This document shows positions 34,901 to 48,200 of a DNA stretch of 64,000 nucleotides, piece by piece. Made by a program: the position numbers and the translations under genes. The notes beneath the pieces were generated by a model. The model saw nothing but the letters and a program-made list of their open reading frames with translations. It did no database searches and was not told the DNA's origin. The stretch's first letter is position 1. Each line of letters opens with the position of its first letter. Origin of the DNA: Paraspadella gotoi (taxonomy: Eukaryota; Animalia; Chaetognatha); assembly GCA_051294375.1 (NCBI GenBank), contig CM119268.1:23086256-23150255 (forward strand), written 5' to 3'.

Positions 34901-37900
34901 ACAATAAAATAAATACATGTACAAATATAACGATTGAACGATAAAGTTTGGGTTTCTCTCTGTAAGTGAGTTCGGACGGTCCGGGTTTGTGTTTTTTTTT
35001 CTTGGGTTTTTGGCGTTTGTGGCGTTTTGTTATCGCGGATTGTGTGGTTGGTTATCGGTATGGGTGTTGTGCCGTGTGGGAGTGTGGTCTGTCGCCCGTG
35101 GTGTCAGTTTTTATTTGCGACGGCTTGTCTCGTTTGTGTTGTGTCGATGTTTTGCAGGTGGTGTGTGCCGCGGTTAGGTAAACGGATGTAGAGGTGAGGT
35201 AGCTGATGTGGGTTTAAGTGGGTTGTGATGCGTTGTTATGTGTGAGTGTTGTTGTGTGAGTGAGGTGTGGATGTTGTGCGCTTCGTAGGTGGACTCAAAT
35301 GATTCTTGAACTTATTTTCGAGAGAGTGGAGTTGGTCTGGAGGATGGTGCTCGGGAGGCGAGAGAGAGAGTGTATATCGCGAGGAGTGTGAGTGTGTTCG
35401 ACGCGCGAGTTGTGCAGAGTGTGAGGGGTGCGGATGAAGAGAGTTGTGATATGTATTGTCTCGTTATGAGTGTGAATGGTTGTTAGAGAGAGAGTGAGTG
35501 TGTGCGTGTCCGAGCGAGAGGATACGATCTGCTGAGCGAGTTGTGAGTGCGTACATGGCAGCTTGGGGCCGTTGATGGTGGCTGAGGATGGTTTTAGTGC
35601 TTGGGTTGGTTGGTGGGTTGCGATTCTGAGTGCGTAGGTTGTGGTTTTTAGTGACGTGTTTAGGGTGTCTATTGTTTTGTGCGTGTGGGGGTTGCGTGAT
35701 GTGTGTAGGTGTCGAGTGTGTGTCGCGGTGGGATCTGTTTGTAGTGGTGGACGCGAGGTGTGCGGGGCTGGGTGGTCGGCGTTGGAGAGCGAGAGTCGTT
35801 GGGTTGATGGCGATGGTTTGAGTGGTAATCACGGAGTCACGTTGAGTGCGCGGGGTGTGGTATGTTGGTTTTGTTGGGTGCGCGTTAGTGTGATTCTTGG
35901 TGGGTGTTGGGGGTGGTGGTCGTCGGGTTTTGGTTGCGCCGCGTGGCTACGTGTTTGCTGTGTGCGTGATCAGTTGATTTTTGCCGCGGGTTTGTGGTTG
36001 CACGTGCGTGTGAGTGTCCGATGCGGTGGTTGCTCCAGGGAAGTTCTAACAGCCCTAGCGGGAAAATGACAGTTGTTTGGGCGCTGTTTCGGGTTGGCTG
36101 TGCGTGGTTGTGCAGTCAGAGAGTTGGCGTGGGCGGAGTCGGTGTTGGGTGTGGGTTTTGGAGTGGTCGTGGAGGTGTGTGCGGAGATGTTGCGCCGTGG
36201 TGTGGTGTGTGGTTTGGTTGTGCGGGTGGGGTGGTTTGGTTTGTCGTGTCGGTGTGGCTGGGGTGTGGTTGTGGGCGTGGTGTCGGTGCTTGGTGGTTGC
36301 GAGTGGTTAGTGGCGTAGATAGAGGGAGCGTGTGGGTGGTGGGGTTGGTGTGTGTAGTGGTGGTTGAGATAACTTTTGTCTGACAGACCTGCACAAACAA
36401 TTCTAAACCAGGAACTTTCTGGCTTCCAATTAAGGATCTAGCTTGCTCTAACTCCAACCTAGCCTGCCTCACTAAAGACCATACTTACTCTAACTCAAGG
36501 GATTGATTGATTGGCGGTTCGTTGGTAGTTTGGTTCGGTGAGGCGTGGTGAGCGGGTTAAAGAACCGTGGTCAGCGTTGGTGGTGCTGCGGTGTGTCGTC
36601 ACGGTGCGGGTAGGTGGGAGGAGTGGTCGCGTGCCGACGAACTCCGTCCCGTGGCGTGGTTGGAGGTGTCGTGAGCTGCTGTGTTTGTTTGTTGGGGGGT
36701 GTTGTGGTGGGGGGGGGGGTGGGTTGGGGGCGTGTGGGTTGTTGGTGTGTAGGTGTTGTTGGTGTGTGTTCGCGTTGGTGCGTTTTGGGCGTGCGTGGCG
36801 GTGCGGTGCGGTTGTTGGGGCCTGTTGGTTCCGTGAGTCTGTGATGTGACGTTGGTGTTGGACATTTGTGTGGCGTGGTGTGTTGGCGTGGGTTTTACTG
36901 TGTTGTGTGGGCGGGTGCTTGGGTGTTCTGGTGCGTGCTAGATGAGTGGGTTGGTTGCGGCGTGTGCTGAGCTCGGGTGCGGTGTTTTGGGTCTGTTTTG
37001 GTTGTGTGTGTACTTTGTGGTGTGTTATGGGGCACAACCATCATCCTGCGGGTCAAACCCATCGACGTCTTGACCTTACCCAATCAACTTTTTGTGGTGG
37101 AGGAAGGATCCGACTCGCCAGAAATCTTCTCCTTAGACTTACCTCACGGTTATCACGCGGTGAAACGAATTTATCGGAAAATCATTCACGTCTCGATTCG
37201 GAAATTATTTCCAATTGTGATTTGTATAAAAATCGATTGTGAAAAATCATTCACGTTTAATTCATCTTCTTTTTCATCAAAATTGTGACTTCGTGGAACA
37301 AATTTCACTCGAGTGTCGCCCTAACTGTGACTCTATCCGAGTCACTTCAAGCAGACGGATCAATCTCGCCGAGATTCACAGGAAACGACCGGACGATAGA
37401 ACCCAACAATAAAATCAACGTTCGACCCAAATCTCTCTCCTCAATTCCTTCTCTTCTTCCATCGCTGATCCACATCCTGGAACCACGCCTGATCGCCGGG
37501 AGCCTTCGCGACCAATTCCGGCAAATCAGCTTCGTCGACGCCCTCCTCGAATCGCTTTGCATCGCCGAGTCTTTGGAAGGCGATTCACTTCCTTCGAGTC
37601 TTCCGTCAGAGTCGAGTTTGAGTTTTAAATCAAAGGAGAATCGTCCGATCGATTCGTCGGAGTTCAGAAGTGATTTCGTTTGAAGGAAGATTAGATCGAT
37701 CGTCGGCCGACGTTGGCTTCGATTGTCGACGTCGCTGAAGACGGGGTCTGCCTGTCAGATCCTAGTAGAGGCATCAAGGTGGGAGCGATGATTATTTGCT
37801 TGATATTGAAAGCTTGGAAGGTCCTGATTATGTTGTGTGTCATTGGTCCGGTGGGAGATTAGTTTGTGTTTGCGTGTTTCTGTTGTTGGTATTTTTTTTG

Positions 37901-39915
37901 CTTTAACTCACCATCGCGCAGTCGAAAGTCAGAAGTCATTATATATATATATTAATATAATTGAATGAATGAATATTTTTGATTGTGTTGAACCAATTTC
38001 ATTGGAAGCAAAAGAAAGATGCAATAGTGAAAAGGTTAGGAAAATGTTGACATGGGTCAGAATTGTAGGTTAATTTCAATTGTATTGGTTAAATACATTT
38101 TTTTTCAGGTATATATAAGAAATGTGTGTACAACCAATATAAATTATCCATTATTTCATAAATATAAGCTATCTTGCCCCTGACTTTGGACAGGCTTTGG
38201 TGGTTTAAGGCCTCCATCAGATAATTACATAATTACATAATTACATAGCAGGTCCTGCAGAGCTTTTAATCAAGATCTTCTCAAATGTGTTTAATTCATA
38301 TTATTCGCGACCTCCCAAAGAAATAAATAAGAAGGTTGTTATACATTCTAAGCAACATGAAATTAATTTATTGCATACAGAATAAGAATTTTCTTTTATC
38401 TTATTTTCAGAAGAAATTCGCAAATTTCCAACTTTCCCTTTCAGACTCCGGCGGATCCTCAAACGCGCCGCCAGCGTTCTCCCGCCGCCGCCGACGCTGC
38501 AGCGGCGAAGGCCCCAAGAATGCGTCGACGCGCCCCTGGCGACGAAACGACGACGACGGCCGACGATGACGACGACGACGAAGCAACCGCGACCGGAAAA
38601 CGCTCTCCGCTCCGGCCACGCCCCTCGCCGTGGCGCCGCTAACGCCAGGGCTGCGTCGCTCGCCCACTGCAGCGGGGCGGCGGGCGGCGTCGCCCGGCGT
38701 CGTGGGACTAAAAATCCGGCGTCAAATCTCCGCCTGGATTCTTCGTCAATGTTCGGTGGGAGAAGATTCGAATGATAGCTTTCCGGATGAACAGGAGGGT
38801 TCGGAGGGAGGTGGGGGAGGGGGAGAGAGGAGGAATGAGAAGGGGAGGGTGAGAGGGGGAGTGGGGGAAGGAAGATGGGGAAGGAGGAGGAGGGAGAGGG
38901 AGTTAGGGAGGGAGTGAGGGAAGAAGGGGAGAGGGCGAAGGGGAAAGGGAGGAGAGAGGGGAGAAGGGGAAGAGGGAGAAGGGGGAGGAGAGAAGGAGAG
39001 AGGGGTAGAGGGTAGGAGGAGAGGGGGAGGGGAAGAGGGGGAAGGAAAGGAGGGGGAGGGAGAAGGGAAGGGAGAAGAAGGGGAGGTGGGGAGAAGGAGG
39101 GGTAGAGGGTAGGAGGAGAGGGGGAGGGAAGGGGGAAGGAAAGAGGGGGAGGGAGAAGGGAAGGGGAAGAAAGGGAGAGGGGAGGGAGAAGGGTAGGGAG
39201 AGAGGGAGGGGTAGAGGGTAGGAGGAGAGGGGGAGGGGAGAGGAGAAGAAAGGGGGAGAAGAGGGAGAGGGGGAATGGGAGAGGGAGAAGGGGGGGGAGG
39301 GGTAGAGGTAGGATGGAGAGGGGGAGGAGGGGGAGGAGAAAGGGAAAGGGACAAGAAGGGGGGAGAAGGGGAGTGAGGGAGGAAGAGAGGGGCAAGGAGA
39401 GGATTAAAAGAGAGGTATAGAAAAAATTATCAAAGTTTAATTATTGAATTAAAATTAAGAGATGCCGAAAATTATTTTATTCGTTCGGGTAGTTAGAATA
39501 GTCTTTTTATAGTTCAACATCTGTGGTTGTTTGAAAATAGACATGTTTCGATTAAAATATGATTATTGGAAATTCTTATGTACTACCCCTGTGCTTGGCA
39601 TGCAAGAAAAAAGATTGGAAAGATCCTAAAGATGTTTTTTTCCAGATTGGTCCAGATGCCAAAACTGTATAACTTTTTTTCAGGTTTCCGGAAGCAGCCG
39701 GCGACAACCGGAATTCCGATGGACTGAAGAAAATGAGGATGAGAAACTCGCGCCGGTTTTTTTCTCGTTCCAATTTGACAGTCGAAAAGGAATTCACAGG
39801 AAGGAAGGTGAGAGAGGAGCACGAGGGAAGAGGTAAGAGAGGGAGGGGTAGGAAGGAAGGGAAGAGAGGAGAGGAAGAGAGGGAAGGAAAAGGAGAGAGA
39901 AGGGAGAAAGAGAAA
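28264..39915 (+). other. Copy B of the PTP-gene 5' region; 30141-~37040 appears identical to 18461-~25360 (offset 11,680)
   Basis: The ORF track is identical at offset 11,680, including the noise segments. Flanked by two 25-N gaps (28239-28263, 39916-39940). Confidence 0.9.
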
Positions 39916-40338
39916 NNNNNNNNNNNNNNNNNNNNNNNNNCTCTCTCTCTCTCTCTCTCTCTCCTAAAATGGATGAAGGGGCATCGACCTTTTAATTGCA
40001 GAGATATTTACGTAAGTTAATAAATTTAAATTTATAAACATGATTTTTTACTTTCATTGTTTAATCTTTCGGTCTGTTATGAAATTGGTACAACCAATAT
40101 AAAAATTATTCTTTCATTCATTATGTTACGCTTTACTAAACAAGTTCTTTATTTGTGAAGACTCACAATACAAGAGTCGAAACATGTCCGATTAATTGTC
40201 GTTGTTGCCTCACTTTTTTTTCCTAAATTCGAAACGCAACGAAAAGAGAATTAAAACACAGTTTCTACCAATCAAACAAATCAAATATTTAAAAATTAAC
40301 ACTTTCTTTCTCTCACTTTCTTTTTTTCTTTCTTTTTT

Positions 40339-40414
<76 letters not shown>

Positions 40415-40716
40415 TTTTCTTTTTTCTTTCTTTTTTTTTCTTTCTTTCACTTTCTTTCACTTTCTTTCACTTACCAAAATTTCTCTCTATCACCCATAAT
40501 CATACATATCATGCTATCATTCATACAAACGTTCATTCACACGTTCGTTTAAGATTTGCAGGTGCAAACAGTCATCTCAACGTACTGGCGGATGCAGTAT
40601 TTCCAAGGTACAGATGCACTTGGCGATGCTTTGCACCCGAACTTTCGGTCCCAAAGGAAGAAGACGGATTTTTCCCTTGAAGCTACGAAACCAGCGCACA
40701 TAAGAATTCCACTATC

Positions 40717-40788
<72 letters not shown>

Positions 40789-40873
40789 AGCCTGAATTTT
40801 GCTTTTTCTCTTTCTCTCTCTCTGTCATTCTCTTTTTCTGTTCTGTCTGTCTTTCTTTCGTTCATTATTTATT

Positions 40874-40936
<63 letters not shown>

Positions 40937-41149
40937 CTCTATTCTTCAGTTTTCGTTTCTTTTCTTTTTTTTCTTTTCCGTCTTTCTTTTTTCATTCATT
41001 TTTTCTCCATTCATATTTTTTCCTTTTTTGCTCTCACTCTCTCGCTCTCTGTCTCGCTCTCACTCTTTCTTGCTTCACGCGCATTGAGAATTTCCTTCAC
41101 GGAAGCGTCGTTCCCTCTCCCTCGTCTCGAACCCTCAAGCTCCAGATTT

Positions 41150-41300
41150 CATCCAATCAGAAAACGACTTTTCTTTTTATTGACCAATAGAAACGCTTAG
41201 ATTTTCATTTTAAGCGATCTCTGATTGGGCATCGTAGAGAAATAAACGACGCTGATTGGCTAAAGTTACGAGTAAGCGTCCCGCGTCGCGCGCCCGGTGA
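41150..41300. promoter_or_regulatory. Four CCAAT boxes in a quasi-palindrome plus a CG-rich motif; candidate promoter of the PTP gene or a foldback element
   Basis: CCAAT at 41153 and 41184, ATTGG at 41224 and 41255, then cgcgtcgcgcgcccgg. About 1 kb upstream of ATG 42250; a strong donor ct|gtaagt at 42021 suggests a 5'UTR exon. Confidence 0.4.
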
Positions 41301-41325
41301 ACGAAGCATTGACGCTTCCACTAGG

Positions 41326-41427
<102 letters not shown>

Positions 41428-41527
41428 ACGAACGACCTTCATTGATAAGCGCTTCATTCATGGAATTTTCTAGTTGGAATTCTCTGCTTTGCGTACAGGA
41501 AAATTCCAAAGCGGACACACTCTCTCT

Positions 41528-41590
<63 letters not shown>

Positions 41591-42249
41591 GCTCTAACTC
41601 TATCAAATAAATTCGTATAAAAAACTTTAAAACTGGACGATTAACATCGTCCATAATATTTATTTTTAATCCTTGTTAAGCTTTAAAATTAACCATTTTA
41701 AACAAATTAATATTTTTTTTTCAAAATACCTCTAAAATAAACATTTATCTATTCTAAAATCGTGAACTAAATTCCTTTTATCAATGGTTATTTTTTAATT
41801 TAGAAAGAATTAGAAAGAATCTTCAAGAGAAAAATTAGATATTTTAAGAATCTTTAAATAAAATCAGTTTATAAACTGACTAAATTTACTGCAGTTCAGT
41901 TTACTCTTGTCTTTGGTCTAACGTCCGGCCTTCTGCTTTGATACAAATACAAATACAAATAAATACAATATAAATAAATACATGTACAAATAACGATTGA
42001 ACGATAAAGTTGGTTTCTCTGTAAGTGAGTTCGGACGGTCGGTCCGTCCGTCCATTAGTCTGTCCGTCCATTAGTCTGTCCGTCAGTTCATCCTTGTAAC
42101 ATAAGAAATTAATTATCTATTTATTTTATACTTGTATAATCGCTTGTATGACTCAAACTTTTTATTCTTAATCTTATCTCAGAAAGAGTGATTCGAATTC
42201 CAAAACCAAAAATAAACCAAATCGTGATTTTCACGACGATTTTCAAGTT

Positions 42250-45200
42250 ATGCAGAAAAGTGAAGAATCTGAAGGAGAAAAAATATGTTCTTCCAGCAAG
42301 ACGACTCACAGTTTATCACAAATCACGGATCAAGATTTATCACCTATCACCATTCGAGGATCATCACTTATAACCCAATCATCGGCGAAAACCGATCATG
42401 GATTATCACGGATCACGGATCACGGACTTGTCACGAATACTCCGTCACTCGTCACAGACCGTTCACCGAACCATTGCTCCAGGGAAGTTCTCACAAGCCC
42501 TAGCGGGAATACAGCCTGCTCCAGTCAGAATCCCTGTTTGACTCAATGCTTTCGGTTTCGCTCCAACAAAGACCAAACTTTTTCTGACCAGGACCGCAAA
42601 CAATCTAACCAGGAACTTTCTGGCTCCATTAAGGATCTAGCTTGCTCTAACCCCAACCTAGCCTGCTGCACTAAAGACCTACTCTACTCTACTCAAGAAC
42701 AACTCTACACCACTAAAGACCCACTCTGCTCCACCAAAGATGCCCCGACGACTCCGTCCCCCGTCACCTCCTCCTCCTCCTCCTCCTCTGCTGGATTTCG
42801 TTTCGCTCCTCAAAGTCCTCACTCTGGCGACTTTGTTACTCACCATCATCCTGCGGGTCAAACCCATCGACGTCTTGACTTACCTCAATCAACTTTTGTG
42901 GTGAGGAAGGATCCGACTCGCAGAAATCTCTCCTTAGACTTACCTCACGGTTATCACGCGCGTGAAACGAATTTATCGGAAAATCATTCACGTCTCGATT
43001 CGGAAAATTATTCCAATTGTGATTTGTATAAAAAATCGATTGTGAAAAATCATTCACGTTTAAATTCATCTTCTTTTCATCAAAATTGTGACTTCGTGGA
43101 ACAAATTTCACTCGAGTGTCGCCCTAACTGTGACTCTATCCGAGTCACTTCACAGACGGATCAATCTCGCCGAGATTCACAGAAACGACCGGACGATAGA
43201 CCCAACAATAAAATCAACGTTCGACCCAAATCTCTCTCCCTCAATTCCTTCTCTTCTTCCATCGCTGATCCACATCCTGGAACCACGCCTGATCGCCGGG
43301 AGCCTTCGACGACCAATTCCGGCAAATCAGCTTCGTCGACGCCCGTCCTCGAATCGCTTTGCATCGCCGAGTCTTTGGAAGGCGATTCACTTCCTTCGAG
43401 TCTTCCGTCAGAGTCGAGTTTGAGTTTTAAATCAAAGGGAGAATCGTCGATCGATTCGTCGGAGTTCAGAAGTGATTCGTTTGAAGGAAGATTAGATCGA
43501 TCGTCGGCCGACGTTGGCATTCGATCTGTCGACGTCGCTGAAGACGGGTCTGCCTGTCAGATCTCTAGTAGAGGCAGTCAAGGTGGGAGGCGATGATTAT
43601 TTGCTTGATATTTGAAAGCTTGGAAGGTCCTGTTATGTTAGCGTATTCTAAATTTTGCTTTAACTCACCATCGCCAGTCGAAAGTCAGAAGTCATTATAT
43701 ATAATATATTTATATATTGAATGAATGAATATTTTTTGATTGGTTGAACCAATTTCATTGGAAGCAAAAGAAAGATGCAATAGTGAAAAGGTTAGGAAAA
43801 AATGTTGACATGGGTCAGAATTGTAGGTTAATTTCATTGTATTTGTTAAATACATTTTTTTGCAGGTATATATAAAATTGGTACAACCAATATAAAAATT
43901 ATCCATTCATTTAATATATAAGCTATCTTGCCCCTGACTTTGGACAGGCTTTGGTGGTTTAAGGCCTCCATCAAGATAATTACATAATTACATAATTACA
44001 TAGCAGGTCCCTGCAAGCTTTTAATCAAGACTTTCTCATGTTTTATTACATATTTCGACCTCCCAAAGAATAAATAAGAAGGTTGTTATACATTCTAAGC
44101 AACATGAAATTATTTATTGCATACAGAATAAGAATTTTCTTTTATCTTATTTTCAGAAGAAATTCGCAAATTTCCACTTTCCCTTTCAGACTCCGGTCGG
44201 ATCCTCAAACGCGCCGCCAGCGTCTCCGCCGCCGCCGACGCTGCAGCGGCGAAGGCCCCAAGAATGACGTCGACGCGCCCCTGGGCGACGACGACGACGA
44301 CGGCGACGATGACGACGACGACGAAGCAACCGCGACCGGAAACGCTCTCCGCTCCGGCCACGCCCCTCGCCGTGGCGCCGCTAACGCCAGGGCTGCGTCG
44401 CTCGCCCACTGCAGCGGGGGCGGCGGCGGCGTCGCCCGGCGTCGTGGGACTAAAATCCGGCGTCAAATCTCCGCCCTGGATTCTTCGTCAATGTTCGGTG
44501 GGAGAAGATTCGAATGATAGCTTTCCGGATGATCAGGAGCGTTCGGAGGGAGGTGGGGAAGGGAAAGAAGGGGAGGGGTGAGAGGGAGTGGTGGGAGGAA
44601 GATGGGCGAAAGGAGAGAGAGGTACGATGGAGTGTTAAGGGAGGGATGAGGGAGAAGGGAGAGAAGGGCGAGAGTGGAAGGGGAGAAGGGGAAGGGAAAG
44701 GGGAGAGGGAGAAAGGGAGGGAGAGAAGGAGAGAGGGGTAGAGGGTAGGAGGAGAGGGGGAGGGGAAGAGGGGGAAGGAAAAGGAGGGGCAGGGAGAAAG
44801 GGAAGGGGGAAAGGGGAGGAGGGAGAGTGGGAGAGGGTAAGGGAGGAGAGGGGGAAGGGGTGAGAGGGGAGGAAAGAGGGGGAGGAGTTAAAGGAATGGG
44901 GGAGAAGAGGAGGGGAGAAGGGGGAGGGAGGGAAGGGTAGGAAGAGAGGGATGGGGTAGGATGGTAGGAGGAGAGCGGGGAGGGGAGAGGGGGAAGGAGA
45001 AGGGGGGTGGTAGAAAGGGAAGGGGGTGAAGGGGAGAGGGAAGCGGGGCAGGAGAGAAGGGAGAAGTAGGGTGAAGAGGGAGGGTAGAGGGTAGGAGGAA
45101 GAGGGGGAGGGGAAGAGGGGGAAGGAAGAGGGGGAGGGAGAAGGGAAGGGGGGAGAAGGGGAGAGGGGGGAAGGGAGAAGGGTAGGGGAGAGGGAGGGGT

Positions 45201-48200
45201 AGAGGGTAGGAGGGAGAGAGGGGGAGGGGGAGAGGAGGAAGGAAGAGAGGGGGAGGGAGAAGGGAAGGGGGAGAAGGGAGAGGGAGAGAGGGGAGGGAGA
45301 GGGTAGGGAGAGAGGGAGGGGTAGAGGGTATAGGAGGAGAGGGGGGAGGGGGAGAGGAGGAAGGAAAGAGGGGGGGAGGGAGAAGGGGAAGGGGGAGAAG
45401 GGGAGGAGGGGGGAGGGAGAAGGGTAGGGAGAGAGGGAGGGGTAGAAGGGAGGAGGAAGGGGGGAGGGGAGAGGGAGGAAGGAAAGTAGCGGGGGGGAGG
45501 GGAGAGATAGGGAGAGGGGGGAGGGAGAAGGTGGAGAAGAGAAGAGGAGGGGGAGAGGGAAAGAGGGGAGGGAGGGGAACGAGGGAGATGAGAAGGGGAG
45601 AGGAGGCAGGGAAGGAGGAGGGAGAAGGAGGGGAGAGGTGTGAGTAGGGGAGGGAGGGGGCAGGAAGTGGGGAGAGCGGCAAGTGGAGGGAGAAGACAGG
45701 GCAAGGAGAGGATTAAAAGAGATATGTAAAAAAATAATTCAAAATTAATATTTGAATTAAAATTAAGAGATGCGAAAATTATTTATTGTCGGGTATTAAG
45801 AATAGTTTTTTTAGTTCCACATCTGTGGTTTTTGAAATACTATGTGTTCGATAAATATGATTAATTTGGAAATTCTATGACTCCCCGTGCTTGGATCAAG
45901 AATAAAAAATTGGAGAAGATCCTAAACTGTAATTTTTTTCCAGATTGGTTCCAGATGCCAAAACTGGTATAACTTTTTCCAGGTCCCGGAAAGCAGGGCG
46001 ACGCGAATTTCGATGGACTGAAGAAAAATGGATGAGAAACGGCGCGGTTCTCCGGTTTTTTTCTCGAATGAACTCGAAAAGGAATTCCAGAGAGGAAGGT
46101 GAGAGGGTGAGGGGAGGGAGAGAGAGGGATGGGGAGGGAGGGAAGAATAGGGGAGAGAAGGGAGGAGAGGGAGAAGAAGAGAGGGAAGGAGAGAGTGGAG
46201 GAGGAGGAGAGGGTAGCGAGGAAGGGAGGAGGGAAGGGTGGAAGAGAGGGAGGGAGGGGGAGAGTGAGGAGAGCGAGGAATTGAAGCAGAGTGAAAAAGG
46301 GAAGGAAAGGGAGGAAAGGAGGGAGAGAGTGAGGGGAGGAAAGGGCGAGAGAAGGGAGAGAGGAGAAGGGGAAAGGGGAGAAGGGAAAGGGGAGGAGGAA
46401 GGGATGAAGGAGGGGAGAGGAAGGAGAGGGGTGGAGGAGAGAGAGAGAAAGAGGAGAGGGCGGAAGGGAGTAGAGAGGAGGAGAGGGAGAAGGAACGTGG
46501 AGGCAAGAGGAAATGGAGGGGAAAGGAAGGAAGAGGGGAGGGGCAGGGAGGAAGGGAGTAAGAGAGGAAGTAGATAGAGAAGGGAGAAATGAAGAGGAGG
46601 AAGGGAGAAGAGTAAGAGTGAGGGACGGAAGTGAGAAAGTGGAGGGAGGTGAGGTAAAGAGCAGAGGGGATAAGGGAGGAAGGGGAGTAAGGGAGAAGAA
46701 AGAAGAGGGACGGGCGAGAAGTGAGGAGGGAGGGAGGTAAGAAGTGATGGGGAAGGTGAGAAGGAGGATGGAAGGAGAATAGAGAGGGGAGGGAGTAAAA
46801 GGGAGGAAGAAGAGGAGGGAGGGGCAGGGAGGAAGGTGAGAGAGGGAGGGGAGAGAGGAGAGAGGAAGCAGGGGAGGAAAAGGGTGGAAGAGAGGGAGGA
46901 AACGGGTACTAATCTAGAGAAAAATCAGAAATAAGAAAACTAGAAAAACTTTGTTATGAGGTCGCCATTAACAATATATTTACCATCAATAATACACAAT
47001 AAAAAAAAATGAATTTCTCTCTTTATCTCTCTCTCTCTCTCTCTCACCTCTTCCCTTTCGCTCCTCGTCTCAAGAGGACGACGTGTTCTCTCTCCCGCTC
47101 CAACTTCCGTCCGTCCGCTCCAGTCCTACTCCTCTCCTTTCTCTCGCCGCTCCAGCGACCTTCTCTCCCCCTCGCTTGAACTCCCAAGGTTTACTGGAGC
47201 GGCGACGATCCTGTCAAAGTCTCAAACTTAATTTGAATCCGGAAGAAGAAGACTCGTCGCCGACTGAACCCAATGTGGAGGAGTACTTGGCTAACAGTTC
47301 TCACAGGTAGAGTGAATGGATAACAGTTCTCACAGGTAGAAAGTGAATGGAGAAACAGTTCTCACAGGGTAATGAAACGTGTAAAGTGAATACACAGTTC
47401 TCTCACAAGGTAGAGTGAATGGATAACAGTTCACAGGTAGAGTTAATGGATTACAGTTTCTCCACAGGTGAGTTAATTGATAACAGTTCTCACAGGTAGA
47501 GCTGAAATGGATAACAGTTCGTCACAGTTAGAGTGAATGGATAACAGTTTTCACAGGTAGAGTGAATGGATAACAGTTCTCAACAGGTAGAGTGAATGGA
47601 TAACAGTTTTCACAGGTAGATGTGAATGGATAACAGTTCTCACAGGTAAGAGATGAATGGATAACAGTTCTCACAGGTAGAGTGAATGGAACACAGTTCT
47701 CACAGGTAGAGTGAATGGATAACAGTGCTCACAGGTAAAGTGATGGATAACAGTTCTCACAGCTAGAGTGAATGGATAAAGGTTCTCACAGGTAGAGTGA
47801 ATGGATAACAGTTCTCACAGGTAGAGTTAATGGATAACAGTTCTCACTGTAGAGTGAATGGAAAACAGTTCTCACAGGTAGTGGGTGAAGATGGTGAACA
47901 GTTCTCAATGGTGGAGAGAACTGTTCTCGCAGGTGCAGTTCTCATACTTAGGTTGAGTAAATGAATTAACTAATATCACGGACAAAGTCGATTGTGAACT
48001 GTTCTTCCTGGTGATTTTTGATTGCGAACAGCTAGAATAAATCGGGAACGTTGGGGGTAAAGTCCTAGTCGCAGTTCATTGAGGTTTTACAAGAGATGGT
48101 AAAGTTTTTGGATAATTTGAGAGAGTAGAGAGAGAGAGAGAGAGAGAGAGAGACTAAGAGAGAGAGAGAGAGTTCGAAGCCAACCATTTTTTAAAAACAA

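Noticed and set aside
44463-46577. Long Pro/Leu/Ser or Gly/Glu/Arg ORFs, and the many ERERER/LSLSLS ORFs across the window
   Set aside because: Translations of polypurine tracts and (GA)n microsatellites with no coding signature.
47292-47945. CRISPR-like array of 29-bp repeats
   Set aside because: The units are head-to-tail without unique spacers, there are no cas genes, and the context is a eukaryotic intron.
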